The notes under the pieces are model-generated. The model had not been told where the DNA came from. It did not search any database and saw only the letters and a program-made list of their open reading frames with translations. 64,000 bases of DNA, from positions 24,986,001 through 25,050,000 of the forward strand of contig NC_087249.1 in NCBI RefSeq assembly GCF_037042905.1, read 5' to 3'. This DNA comes from Lytechinus pictus. Lineage: Eukaryota. Position 1 is the stretch's first letter. Each line of letters starts with the position of its first letter. The translations under genes and the position numbers were made by a program. Below are positions 1 through 13,900 of this stretch, one piece after another.

Positions 1-1249
1 AAGCATCATGGTATAAACACTGCAATATTCAGTGATTATTCATGAACAATAACATGCAACTTTGATGGAGTAGAACAGTGCTAATTAAATTGCTAATTGT
101 CCCTTTATAACAGAAAACATAGGCCTAATTGAACCATGGGCAATCAATATCAATGCAAAGAGATTGTACAGAGAAGCATTTTAAACCAATTTCATTCAAA
201 TTTGAATTTAAAAAATTGATAAAAGTTAATTAAAAGTATCGAAGCTTTGAAGGATCTCAAATCTAATTTGACAGCCATGTAATAAACAACAATTCCTGAT
301 TATAACCTCTACACAATGCATCATTGGGCCGGGGTATGAGTCTTGTTTCATAAAGCCATGTTATGCACAATTTATATCATAAGTTTATCCTCGGCCAATC
401 AAACTGAATGATTTTCAGTAGCTTTAAACTTTGATTGCAAATTTGTTATTGTCTCAAGTATTATGAAACGGGGCTCTGGTCTGACAATGTATGGATCCAT
501 CTAAAAAGGAGTTATAACCAATCAGAGTCCTGCATGGGAGTCACACATTCTCAAATATACCCCCCCCCCCAAATACACTGAAAGAGAATGATGCACATTG
601 GAGAGTGCAGTATAAGCATCAGATATCAAATGAGTGTTTATCCTTGCTGCAAATATTTACTCATGTTTGATCCCAGCATCAACTGAAAGGCATCTCCCAA
701 GACAACGATAGACAGAGAAAACCCATGTACTTTGTTCTATACTAATACTTGATAACTTACAAAAAACTTATACTCTTGCGTGTTCCATTGTCATTTAAAA
801 ATGACTTCTCAGAGACCAACAGTAAACACTGGTAAAGTGAGGATACATCTACAAGTACCGACATGCAAATATACATGTATTAGAAAACTGAATAAAAATG
901 AATGATACATGCATGGAGAGACTTTATATATGCATAGATTCACAGGGTCCCTCATGATCTTCATACATGTAGATGTCAATTCTGATGGTGGAAAGTGGAA
1001 ACTGTGCATCTACAGTACAAAAGTCCATCCCCCAATTCCAAATTAGAAAAATATGCAGACATCATTTAATATGTATAGATATGCTTTTCTTTATCGACTA
1101 TCCCATCATTTTGTTAATATACATTTTGTATTCCCAAATGAAATCAATATCATGATGTTTGATCTATGAATTTCTAGAAATAAAAGGAAATACTGTGAAC
1201 TATTCCAATGTTTGAGAACTCCACTTCATTTTACTTCTTTTTTTTTTAC

Positions 1250-1628
1250 CTCCAGACATCAAATCAGTATGTGAGGAATGAGAGGAAGAGAGCTCTTTTT
1301 CTTTCTTTTTTATTTGTATGGTGTCTTGGAGCATGATTTTTCCTACGCAGCTTTCAGGTGAGGGTTTGAATGATGAGGCTTTACACGTCTCCAATGCTGT
1401 CAGAGCCATTCTCTGGTGGATCGTGTCACGTTGCTCGATCGATAATATGCCTTTATAATTGGTCACCTAGAAATATGATCAAGGAGCTCCCACACTCTTC
1501 TCATTCATTCGACCCTGTTCTGTGGTGGTATGGCAGGGGGAGTGGTTATTGAGAAATCTTTGATGGGGTGGTCAACGGTTCAAGACTAATCACTGATTAT
1601 AAAGGGGTCAAGTAACCTTTCATAGAAC
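1250..1628 (-). other. Probable exon of the unrecognised minus-strand gene with two alternative acceptors (exon starts 1628 or 1466)
   Basis: Acceptor atttcaccag| and donor GAG|gtaaaa, with higher GC than the flanks. All three frames stop within ~45 nt of 1628, but 1466-1250 is open (VTNYKGILSIEQ...DLMSG). Confidence 0.4.
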
Positions 1629-2077
1629 CTGGTGAAATGATAAATTTGAAAGAGCAATTATATGTAGGTACTTTTAAGTTTCTTTTTTTTTCTTAATAGA
1701 TTTTCAAGAAAAAAAAGAAAACTCAATGAAACAGAGAACAAATCTCACTGCCATTCTGAATAAATCAATGATGTGAACAATCTATTTCTAGCATTCTTAA
1801 GTAATCAAGAAAAAAAAATATTGTTTATAATTTTAATGCAAATGTAGCTTCAGGTATATAATTTATTTGTAGTAGTATGTTATTTATTATTTGAATTTTT
1901 TAGTGTCTCAAATATTTACATGAACTAGAAATAATTTCAATGCAATGTAGCTATGAAAAACTGAATGAGCAAGCTATTCATCTTCCATGTAGAAAAGACA
2001 TCCCAGAGTATCAAATTTGCAATAAAAATAAACACAAATACAATATCACATAACAGGTGAAAAGGGCAAATTAATCA

Positions 2078-3027
2078 AGGTACATATAGATAATTTATTT
2101 TCTGTTTCAGTCATGCAAAGGGAAAAACAAAATTCAGCTCTGTGGCTCTGTAAAAAACAAAATGCGAAAAGCAATCGCAACACACTTTCCGCACTGTGAT
2201 TTGGTTTTTGCACCGCAAACATCAAAATTGTGTCAACTCTCTGATTTGGTTTTCCTTCATCAATATTAAAGAGTGTCATCTACGTCAACAAAATGTTCAA
2301 GCGCCATATTTCATTATATTGATAGAATTTAAAGTAAATCATCATTTAACATAATACACTAGCAAGCCATGGGTGTCGATTGGCATTCATGGTGGGGGGG
2401 GGGGGCTGTTTTGTTCACTTGTCAGGGATTTTTTTTCTTAGTATGGGCGGAGGTCAGTGGCGTAATGAGTTTAGAAGTTTTAGGGGCAAGACATGAAGTA
2501 AAGGGCAAAATTAATTTTGAAATGCTGTGAGCGAGCGAGCCAAAAATTTTTTAATGCATTAATCAATTTTTTTGTGACGGATTTTACATAGATTTAAAAC
2601 GTAAATCATGTCAAAATCTGTTTCATACAAAAATTTGATTTATGTTTAAAAAAGGCCATCGTTTGGCTCCCTTGCTCACAGCATTTTAGAATTAATTTCG
2701 GCCTTTACGCTATGTCTTGCCCCTAAATTTGTTAGACTCATTACGCCACTTACCCTCGCCCCGACTATAAAAAAAAAAGAGAACAAAAGAGCCCCCCACC
2801 CATGAATACCAATCAACATCAATGGCTTGCCAGTGTATATATGCTATAACGATGTTTAACTTTGAATTCTATAAAGAAAATGAAATATGACGCTTGAACA
2901 TTTTGTTGATGTAGATGGCGCTCTTTAATATTGATGAACAAAAACTAAATCAGAGAGTTGACGTCACTTTTTATGTTTTTCCTTTTTCATGACTGAATCA
3001 GAAAAACGGCTTATCCATATGTACCTC
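2078..3027. mobile_element. ~950-bp foldback element with a CAGTGGCGTA..TACGCCACT palindromic core (2456-2749)
   Basis: Left arm 2078-2545 is the diverged reverse complement of 2660-3027. Confidence 0.8.
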
Positions 3028-4319
3028 GATTCAAAACGGACATGGGCTTGGCATCTAGATGTACATGTATATAGGCCACAGAATGAAAATATGTACCAAG
3101 AGATTGGAAAAGAGCCAAGAGAGAGAAACATTGATAAAAGGGTAATATCATACAAGACTGACCGAAAACAGTGAGACCTGGGGTTTTCTACAACAAAAAC
3201 AAAACTAAGTGTGACTAAAAATCACACGTATGACTTCTCTCTCAGTTTCAGTCCCGTGTAGTAGAAAATGCATCACTCCAACAGTCAAATTAGACTCAGT
3301 GGAAGAATGAAAGTCATACCTAACTCTTTAATATGAAACACCACCCATCAAATACAAGTATCATCAAGAAAGCAACATGTGTACATGTATGATCCATCCT
3401 TGGATGAATGGAGCCAAGTGAGGCTGAGTGAGACATTGGGTGCATACACGATTCAAGTAGATAATCAGCATCTTAATGTGCATATTGACAAAAACCCATC
3501 CATTTATTACTATTCTCTTCATACACTCTTTTTAATAAAATACTTAAAATACACCCACATTGCAGTATTTCATATATTCAACCATTCATAGCAAAGGATC
3601 AAATAATGAATTCAAATGCATTCAATTGATAGTCCATCAATTCTAGATCTCGAACTGCCACTTTCTCACCCACCACCCACCCACTAACTCGTTCACTCAC
3701 CTACTCACATACTCATTCAATCAATCAGTCAATCAATCAATCAATGAATCAACATGACAATCTAGTCTTTAGACCCCAAGCACCTTAAAGAAGGCATCAA
3801 GTGATCTATTAAGCTATCACAGTGGCTCAAACAACCACCTTGTGCCCCAACTACAGCTGGTACATAAAAGGAATGAGATGAGACTCGGTCAAAATATGCA
3901 TGGTATTATGCTAAAATATCAAGAAGATATTAACTAAAATACATGTAGAAATAAGTACATGTTGGTGTGACTTGAAGGACTGCTCTAATTTTCCTCTAGA
4001 TTACAGATTGTCTCTGATTAAAATTATCACAACTTTGATATACATCTGGGGTAATGTTCCTAAGACCTTATTGAGTCTAGTTATCACATCATTGTGTACT
4101 ACTGTCACCTTGGTAATTAGGTGATAACTGGACTTTAAAATTTCGGTTAAAAAGACATAAAATAATTTCAAGACATCCACTCAAGTGCGATGCAATTTGT
4201 TTACTGTATATATGTTGTGATATTAATACCTAATTGTTAACATTAATCAGAATGAGATTGTGATGCAAACAGCTCTTAGACCTCTCTGAGATGAGATGCC
4301 ATCATCGTTAACTTCTCAC

Positions 4320-4371
4320 ATTTATATGTTGGGAGCTGGCAGAACTATCTGGGTGGTCAAAGCATTGTTCA
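4320..4371 (-). CDS. Candidate 52-nt small exon of the unrecognised gene
   Basis: ttttcttcag|T EQCFDHPDSSASSQHIN |gtgaga; phase 2 in and phase 0 out would bridge exon 4620-4800 to the acceptor at 1467. Confidence 0.25.
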
Positions 4372-4619
4372 CTGAAGAAAACTCTGGCTCTAGCTGTTCC
4401 ACAAGAGTATGTGATCGATGACAAAGTCCAAACAATGATTTTTCATTGGTTACTGCTCACTCTTATGAACGAAGTGTGCATGTATATATCAATCGTCTTG
4501 TTTGGCTTTTTCAGTTTGCGTGATTGATCACATCGTTTGAATTTAACAGTACCCACATCAAGACTTCAACAGGTTAAAGACACCATAGTTCGATAAAACC
4601 AAATGGAAATGTGACTTAC

Positions 4620-4800
4620 CTTTCACTATCTATGGAGACTAAGGGTTGTTCACTTGGTTCTCTATCTAAGGCTGAAGCTTTCCATGGTACTGCCAATCTT
4701 TCTCTTGTTACTAGTATTGAACGCCTCGGCTGAGATTCCACCGGTGATGGTGAGTTGAGCGGTCTGTGGTGTGGGTTCCGAACAGCTTCTCGCTGTTTTT
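4620..4800 (-). CDS. Putative exon 3 of the unrecognised minus-strand gene
   Basis: ttttacag| (E)KQREAVRNPHHRPLNSPSPVESQPRRSILVTRERLAVPWKASALDREPSEQPLVSIDSE |gtaagt; phase 1 in matches the previous exon. Confidence 0.55.
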
Positions 4801-7800
4801 CTGTAAAATTTTCATAATGAAAAAAAAAAGATTGACATGTGACACCTGGTAGTATATTAAATCAATTTGTAGAATTTTGCATCATTTCATATTACAATGA
4901 TATACACTGTAAAAGGCACTGTCAAATAATTATGTATAAATTTAAAATTGTTTTGTTTTACGAGTGAAACAAAATAAACTTTGAACGTCCAAATTAAGAG
5001 TGCTGTGTGTTTGTATCTTTACATTAATTTTAAGCAAGAAAATAACCTTTGAATGGTTCACAACAGTATAGCATATTTTATATAGAAGAAATCTAAATTT
5101 TTCAGTTCTTGAAACAAGTGGAGAAAACAAAATAAAAAAAGTCCTATGGAAATTCACTGTCAGTGTCTTGAAAAAAAAATCAAGAAAGATTTGAGCACAA
5201 AAGAGGCAGTGAGGGTGTATGTGTTTGAATTCACAATAGAGTAGGCCTACTGAATGTACAGTAATATGATACTGTAATACTGATCTTAATGTGTTCATAT
5301 CTCTCTTAGATAAACATGACTTGTGTACTACAATCTCAACCTCACAATGCAATTTTGCAAGTATTACAGGCAATTAATAATTATCTACTGTTTTGGGGGA
5401 TCTCTGCTTATCCACTCACTCATTAAAGAGTAAAGCAGTGTGAGTTAAGAATAAATTTAGGGTGATAATATGAACTTGCTGTCTCATCTTAGAGTTGCGT
5501 TACCTGCAGGTGATCACCAAAGTCACTCCAAAATGAATGAAAAAACACTTTCACTCAATATTCACTCTGCATTTGCAAAAAACAGTGACCATTTCCACTC
5601 CTCAAATTGTCACATCTCAAATCTTACATAATAATAGGGGGAAAACATCAAAGCCTATGTTTTGAATAATTGAAAAAATATACATCGTACTGTACATGTA
5701 CAGATGCTTACAAGTACAAATATGAGAAGTGATTAAAAAGATGCAAAATGACAGGTGTTGCGATTTGCGGTAACCTCTAGGACCTGCAAACCCTCATTGT
5801 CACTATTCAAAGAGTGATTAAAAGGCAAAAGCTGTCCAAAGATCGAAGTATTGCAGATTCATTATAAAATACTATAAAATTCTACATGACATTCATAATC
5901 AAAAGGAAAAGGTGTTATCTTTAATAATGAACCATACATGTAATTCCAAAAGCACTACAATTTGATGATGAAATAAAAGAGAATATTCTGTTTCTTTCCA
6001 CATCTTGAGTATTTCCTGCCAAACAGTTGACTCTTTGAACTTGCTTGCCGTCCTTAAAGAAATAACCTTTATCTACACCCACATATTTCATCAACTAGTA
6101 AAAACACAACACAAAATAAACACTTATCCATTCCATGTGTATCTTTAAGACATGTCTGTATAAAGAAAGAGGAAGTGAATTCATGGCCTTGGGTGGATAT
6201 TAGCGTAGGATTAAACCTTGATTGCTTGGCAACAAGAATAAAGGAGCAATCTCACTGGAAATATAGAAATGAAATTATATTTTCTTAGCAAGCTTTAACA
6301 AGTATCAAGCTTATAAAATGTTTTAATCAATTTGATGCAAAATTTGCTCATGAATGCTGCACCTTGTTTAAAACCATTGGTGTACTACTACTAGAAATGT
6401 TTTGATAATTTTTTTTTACATTACAAGTATTAAAATGCCACTTGTAAAACCGTATTCCATAAATACTCAATCTTACTTCTCTGGGTTACTTCTCTGGATG
6501 GGTTCTTTCATACCTATGTTATCACAAAAATACCTGTAAATTATTTTTTAAAAACTTATTCAGATTATTTAGTGCATTCTCAGCAACATTAACCAGACTG
6601 AAGTTCCTGCGAGCCAGCTGAAAGACTAATTTCTTTTTTTTTGCCTCACATCAAATTGTACTTTGTTCTTGTACTTTGTGGTTTCACATTGAAAAAAAAA
6701 ATCCCTGCACCTTACCCTTGCAGAAGTCCCTGCAAAGTTCTCCTAATGCTGAAAATGCCTATTAACTTGCAGGTATTTTCTTTTGGAAATAAAATAAGTA
6801 GTCTTTCACACTAGCAAACTACCAGGTATATTCTGATAGGGTTAGAACTCCTTTAAGTATCAGCAAATATCAGGTATATTTTGTGTGATTGAGTGGTTAT
6901 GAAAACATGTTGCACTGAGAAGCATTTGAAAACATCTAATGCTGCATTTAGCTCCTTTTCCTGACAAAACTGGTCAAAAGAATACCATGCTGGTTGATCA
7001 CTATACTGTGTTAATGGGCAGTTAGACTGGTCCCTGTCTGCCTTAATGACTTTTAGAGTTTCATTTATATTTCAGAAGACATAATTTCCACATAAACATA
7101 CAGCTACGTGTGGTGGTTACTTTGGCAATTTGTGTTTCTACACAGAGATTAATGAATAAGCATTTGTTCATACTGAACTTGTTTCTCTCACATTTACATC
7201 TACATCCCATTATCACAAATCATCTGCTTTAATACTTCCAAACACAATTTCAGGGTGTCTTTATTCGCCACTTTTTTACCCTGGAATCATGATTCAAATC
7301 ATCATTCTGCAGAATCACGATTAGTCAAATGTGAAAATAAAAGTATTTCAAATCACGAACATGAAACTTGAAAAAAAAGGGGCGGTCGGAAAGATGTTTC
7401 TGTAGAATCACGAACCAAATAGGTCGTTTAAACGCAATCGTGATTTGAATCATGATTCTATGACGTCTTACCCCCAGGATCCTGCTCCAAACCTATTTAT
7501 GAAATCCTTGACTGGCCCCTGTCACTAATGCCACACACAATACCTTCATTTCATAATTGAATAAATCTTTTCAGGGGACAGCTGGAACGGGATGAGAGGG
7601 GTTAAAGACCAATCGATGAAAGAGCAAATAATGCTCGGGGCAAGAAGATAGGATCCGGTACATAAGATTTACTATTCATGAGACTCGCTCTCAAGGGATA
7701 GATTTGCACACACTTCTACTTTAGATATGAATCTATTATGAACGAACACAAGTGGCAAGGGTCACTTAGGTCGCCTGATGATTATGCTAATGGGGGCCTT

Positions 7801-8465
7801 TTGCTCTTCTTCTCATTAACTTTGTGGTCATTATCTGATGGCCTGTTTCCAGCCATGTACGTCATTTTCTGGAGAACACTTGACCAAATTGATGAAGTGA
7901 TGTGCTACATGTAATCTCTATTCTCTACCCCGGCCGGGTCTTTATCTCAAAACAGTATGAAGACAGAAAGTAATGTTGAATCCATTTCGATTATGTAGAA
8001 CTGCTGCAAAATCATTACACAATTTCCATGTTGATTCTGCTCAAATGACCACATAACTCTGGACTGACAACTTGCTGCTTCCATACTGAATCACTCCTTC
8101 TCTTTCCATACAAGTTCTTCAGAAGATTGTAGAGGTGTTGACACATAAGATATCAAGGTATGAGAATGGTATAATCATCAATCTTCACATTTCACTATCA
8201 TACTTGTGGATTAAGCCACACAGAATCATCAAAAATTTCTTCACCTGTCTTCTTTAATTTCCATATATATCACAGCCTTTTGATATTTCTATTCCAATGC
8301 ATAAGCCCCTTTTTCTACCCACTTTAATCTTTGCTTTGTGAATCTAAATTTGTCACCCACCATACCATTCTGTCATATCTTCCACAATAATCCTGTCTTG
8401 GCACCTTTTTCTAACAAACTCTAAACCCACTCACAGTTCCTACAAAGAAATGCTGATTTCTTTAA

Positions 8466-9067
8466 AGGTCAAGTCCACCTCATAAAAATGTTGATTTGAA
8501 TCAACAGAGAAAAATTAAACAAGCATAATGCTGAAAATTTCATCAAAATCGGATGTGAAATAAGAAAGTTATGACATTTTAAAGTTTCGCTTATTTTTCT
8601 CAAAATAGTTATATGCACAATTTAGTCACATGCAAATGAGAGAATCGATGATGTCCCTCACTCACTATTTCTTTTGTTTTTTATTGTTTGAATTATACAA
8701 TATTTCAATTTTTACAGATTTGACAATAAAGACCAACTTGACTGAATCATATAATGTTAAATAATGGTAATTCCACATGTTCAGGGAGAAATCAAACTTT
8801 GTTTCACAGGACAATGAGGAGAAAATAAGAATATTTCATATTTCATATAATAGAATACAAAAGAAAAAGTGAGTGAGTGATGTCATCATTTCCCTCATTT
8901 GCATACCGACCAGGATGTGCATATAACTATTATGTGAAAATAAGCGAAACTTAAAAATGTCATAACTTTCTTCTTTAAAACCGATTTTAATGAAATTTTC
9001 AGTGTTATGCTCATTACATTTTTCTCATTTTATTCAAATCGACATTTTGTTGGGGTGGACTTATCCT
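8466..9067. mobile_element. Kolobok/T2-type MITE
   Basis: TTAA|AGGTCAAGTCCACC...GGTGGACTTATCCT|TTAA with long inverted arms; second copy at 44833-45452. Confidence 0.85.
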
Positions 9068-10531
9068 TTAATATGCCATGAATGGCTCTGATCCTGTTGA
9101 TATTTCGGCTTCAACATCAGACAAGATAAATTTCGACACGAACCAGCCATGAGTGAGGCTCGTTGTAATCCCATCATCATCATCATCACGCCATGCAAAA
9201 TTGATGCCTTCATTTTCAGCTCATGGCTTTGGCAGCATTATACACATGACATTGCAAGCCATTAAGTAAAGAGGTTTATGCCTCATGATATATTGCTATG
9301 GAGCCAGGTACAGCATTGTGGTTTATAAGACCAAGACTAAATCCTTTCATCCATTCATCTTCATTGTACATGTAATTTCAGTGAAGACTACGAAGGGTAA
9401 TATCTCTTTGGAGTGAGAAGGGTATTTTCTCATCTATACCATACCACAGAACGTAAATGCCTTTTACTCCCGAGTCGATATTACATGATAAATAACAGCT
9501 GTTAAATATGTTAATAAATAACAATATCAATATCAATATCATTTTCATAAATAATAATGATACTAATGGTAAAGAAAATTGTGATTCTAGGCTGTGTGCA
9601 GTGGTGTTACAAGTGCATGTGCACATTTTTTTCAAATGCTCAGAATGACCTGAAATGTACTTTGGTTTGGTTATTGAATGATTTTCAGAATTATATTTTT
9701 TTATGCACGCCTATGAATGCAACTTGACTTTGATAACATAACATGATCTGGGGCCCGTAACACAAAACTTAGCAATGATCGTAGAACATTTTTCTACGAT
9801 TGATTCTATTGACTACACTGTACAATCAATCGTGAAAATCAAGCATATGATTGATCTCTAACCTTTGTGTAAGGGAACCCAGATGACCCTTGAACTTAAG
9901 TTTATAATATATTAAATGCATTCGATGATTTGTTATATTGATGTGATCAACGATGTAATTATACAAAATGGTGCCTGGATAACATATTAGTGACACCCCC
10001 CCCTCCCCCAATTTCAAAATCAGCAATATTTTATTCATGGACTTTTCCTTTTAAGAAACACACCCTTATACTCAAGCTTGCTAATGAGTTAGCAGTCAGT
10101 ATGCAATATTGAAAGCCTCATTTTCATGATTACTGTTGCGTTCCTATTAAACAGGCATTGGAACCCATTAGGAGATGGCTTTTGTGGAAGTATGGTTCTT
10201 GAGATACTTAATGACTTCATGCCTTCCTTCTATATATAGAGTCTCATGCAAACTTGATAAGGTCATTGGAATATTAAGAACCATATTTTGAAAGTTTCTG
10301 TACAATGCACCTATATTCCACCACGGCTTGCATGGACTCGAAGCCCCATCTCAATCCAGTCGTCTGTAATTAGTCTGCAACCAGAAATGGGCAAATCATG
10401 TTGGCCAGTAATTGATATCATGGGCCTTAGTACACAGAATATCACACCAAAGATATACTAGTTGTACAATGTACAAGTACAGTTACTTGATTCATGGATA
10501 AAGCTTATGAATATTAGTAGTAAGCTATTAA

Positions 10532-10925
10532 AGAGAAATTCCAGTACTTGCAGTAAACACTGATTTCATGAGAAAGTCTGTAAAACCAGGCTTAATTGTC
10601 AGTATATCATCGAGGATCTAGATCTGGTACAGTTACATAAACTGAACTTTGTGAAATCTTGAAATCTACGCTGAAAAATGTTCAGACTGAACTTCCCCAA
10701 CACAGATAAGCGCACGTGGGACAGTGTATAATTATTGCTTTGAGCGTCGGGCCCGACGCTCTACCCGAATCCTGTGCTTATTTGCTGATTTCTCAGCAAT
10801 TACACAATTTCTTCCAGAATCCTTTGGCACATGCGTTTTATTTATACAAACAGACACTTTGGTGGTCATTTCATTGGATTCTGTACGAACTCATTTTGAT
10901 ATCTTACCAAAACTAGCATTTACCT
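10532..10925. mobile_element. TTAA-flanked MITE with imperfect short TIRs
   Basis: TTAA|AGAGAAATTCCAGT...ACTAGCATTTACCT|TTAA. Confidence 0.65.
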
Positions 10926-13900
10926 TTAAACTAAAAACTGATTAAAAGGAGTCTCATGCTATCTTAATTTCTTGAAAAGATTCATGTGAGACATTTCTAG
11001 ACATTCCACTCAAATTTTAAATGAAATTTATTATTCAATGAAGAGCTTTTTCTCCCTTATCAAATCAAATTTGAAATTTCATAAAATAGCACACAAAAGT
11101 GGTATGTGCTTTTAGTACTGCTTACAACACTTCCTTTACATATCATGTATGTTATGTATCTTATTTCTGTTTTGTGTCACCAAAAGAAACTTGAAATTTT
11201 GAGAATGCCATTTCACTGTTAATTTTCACCCAATTTTAATGAAATTTTGCTTGCTTTGGTATTTCTTCCTTCATCAAAATCAACTAGCTGTTGGGGTTGG
11301 ACTTGGCCTTTAAAGACTTACTCCAAAGAAAGCATAAAAAGAGAAGAGCGGAACTAAGCAATGGGTTAACAAAGTGCAGAGAGGAACTAGGAGACAAGGC
11401 AAGAGCGACAAAGAGATTGGAAAGAACAGAGTCCTTATCTTCTAGGTTACTGCTACAGCCCACGGGTGAAAACCCTTTTTCTTCCGAGCCAAGCCAAGCC
11501 GCAGTAGAAGCAGACACCTACATCTCTTTTGCTTGAGAGAAAGTTCAATCATACCCTGGGTGTGATTAGCAGCACAAAGTAAATTCATTATCTCCAGCAA
11601 TCTGCACGATTGAGAGTGGATTGTTGCACCTCAGTTCACCCAGAAGGGTTTTATTTCATCAAATATAATTCAGGGGGCAAGTAATAATTCTCTCATTTGC
11701 ACACAATCATCCTACAAAAAAAGAAAGGAAAGAAAATCTGGAATGCATTTGATGATCTGGTGAGTAGTTTAACTGTTTTTTTTTATTCTTGGGCATTGAG
11801 TGAAGTACATTGTAGGGGGGATGGCTATCTTTTTATTCATCATCCATGGGTGAAATAGAATAATAAGCAATATTTTCAAACTTCATTTTTTATATACTGT
11901 TTTTTTTCTTCAAAATTACAATATTTCAAAATTCATTGGAAATTACACATTTTTCTTTAATATTATAATATTAGCATGAATAGCTTCGTTAAGACTGAGA
12001 TCGGTAGTCAATAATATGAAATATTTAGAAAAAAAACTCAATTGCTTTATATGTAATGACATGTTTATTTAATATAATTTGCAAAATCAAATATCCAAAA
12101 GCCTTTTTTAACAATTACATGAAGTTCATGTTTACAAAGCCAATACACTCCTTATTTACAGAGCAAGTACATGAATTTGACCTTTTCAAACAATGTAAGT
12201 CCTTGGGAAAATTAATGAATAATTGTACATATGCCCTCGATAATGTTTAATGATATCATAAATACAATAACCTTGGTAATACAAAACTGATCATTTTGGT
12301 CCTAAGAGTCTTTGCTAAAAAAATTGCAGCTTCCGAGTTATTACATGTTGCTTCAGTGTAATGTAGCACGATGTATACCCAGTAAATGATAACCATACTG
12401 GCTTACTGTTTGAACAAGCCCATACACTGTTTGCAAATAGTCTCTAAAGGGAAGAGGTAAACACACTTTCATTAAATCTTTCGTTTAAACTTTGAAATTG
12501 GTATTTTTATATTTCTTTATGCAAATATAATTTTTTTCTACACATCCAGTGTGCAGGTAAGATTCATTCTTTCATTCAGAGATTTAAAAAAAAGATATCT
12601 CATTTGCATTGAATGATAATATTCATGACATGTATAATGAAATGATCCTCAAATTCAATTTATACAGAATACAATTGAGTCCATTTATAATTTTAAATAC
12701 ATTGATTTTTGTTCTTTTACAAACTAACTTCATACCAAAATTGATGGTAACTCACCTGCTATATAATTTTTTCTGTTTTCAGTAACGGTATTGAAAACTA
12801 ATTTTGCTAGTATAACTGATCAATGAAATATTTATATAATATTGACTGGCCTTGAGGGGAACACCAAATATGTTGCCCGCAACAGAATCATATTGGCCGG
12901 AGTCTTTAGACAAGGGCAATATGGTTCTTTTAAGGGCGACATATTTGATGTTTCCCGAAAAAAGAGCCAGTCAATATTATTATTATTACCTAAGGCTGTA
13001 CAATGTGTAATTCAAGCTTCAATTTGGAACAATTTATATGCCTGTTTAATTGCTTATCACTACTTCTGATTTCATGTTCACGACCTTAGCTAAGTAACCC
13101 TTAATAAGAAATTGTGACATAATTGATACCTTGCAGTCGCGCATCATGCATGGCGCGCACATACACTCAACGCATAGAAATCTTGCGCTTGGGTTACGTT
13201 TGTGTATGCACTGGCCGCGCCGCGCATTATCTACAATGCGTTGGTTCATAAACTGGTTCCAGCCAGATTTCTGAAATACTGACATTAGCGATCGAAATCG
13301 GCTCCTACTGCGCAAGCGCACTAGCAGAAATATGGCCAATATTGTCCTCTATTTTGTACAGGATTTCTATGGGCAAAGCCCGGGGAGGGCAACATGGCAA
13401 ATGTTTACCTCGTTGGTCTCGGATTGAAAGTAGCGAGCGAACTTTTTATTTATCTCATAAAATGCCTTGTATAGGTAATAATAAGCAATATTTAGCCAAG
13501 CAAGATAAAACAAAATTAGATGGGATGTCAAAGCTAGGATACACACCTAAACTTTGCTTTAGAATAATATTTAATGTCACTTGCTCACCCAAAGAACAAC
13601 AACATGAATCCCCCTCTCCCTCTCTTTTTCATTTCTTTCATTGTTTTCCTTTAGAACTGTCCAACCTCTCACTCTTAATTGTACAGCAGTAATTGAATAC
13701 AGGGGAAAGTGAGCTAACGCATGCCTTCAAGACCATTTGGTCAGCCCGATGCTAGCAAGCGTGGGAGGAATGACGTCATCGTGACACTACCACTCAGATG
13801 TTCTCATTGTTGATGTCTGAGAGCTGTTTGTTTCCATCCCAAATATAACATATCCAAATAATATATTCATTTTTTTTGTCTCTCAGAGGATTTGCAGCTC

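Noticed and set aside
4942-5373. 143-aa minus-strand ORF
   Set aside because: Non-ATG start, AT-rich intronic composition, and no splice or protein-family support.
11284-11712. Overlapping 77/81-aa ORFs and a minus-strand acceptor near 11712
   Set aside because: All frames stop soon after the acceptor, there is no clear donor or recognisable protein, and the left end is a MITE fragment. At most a non-coding exon.
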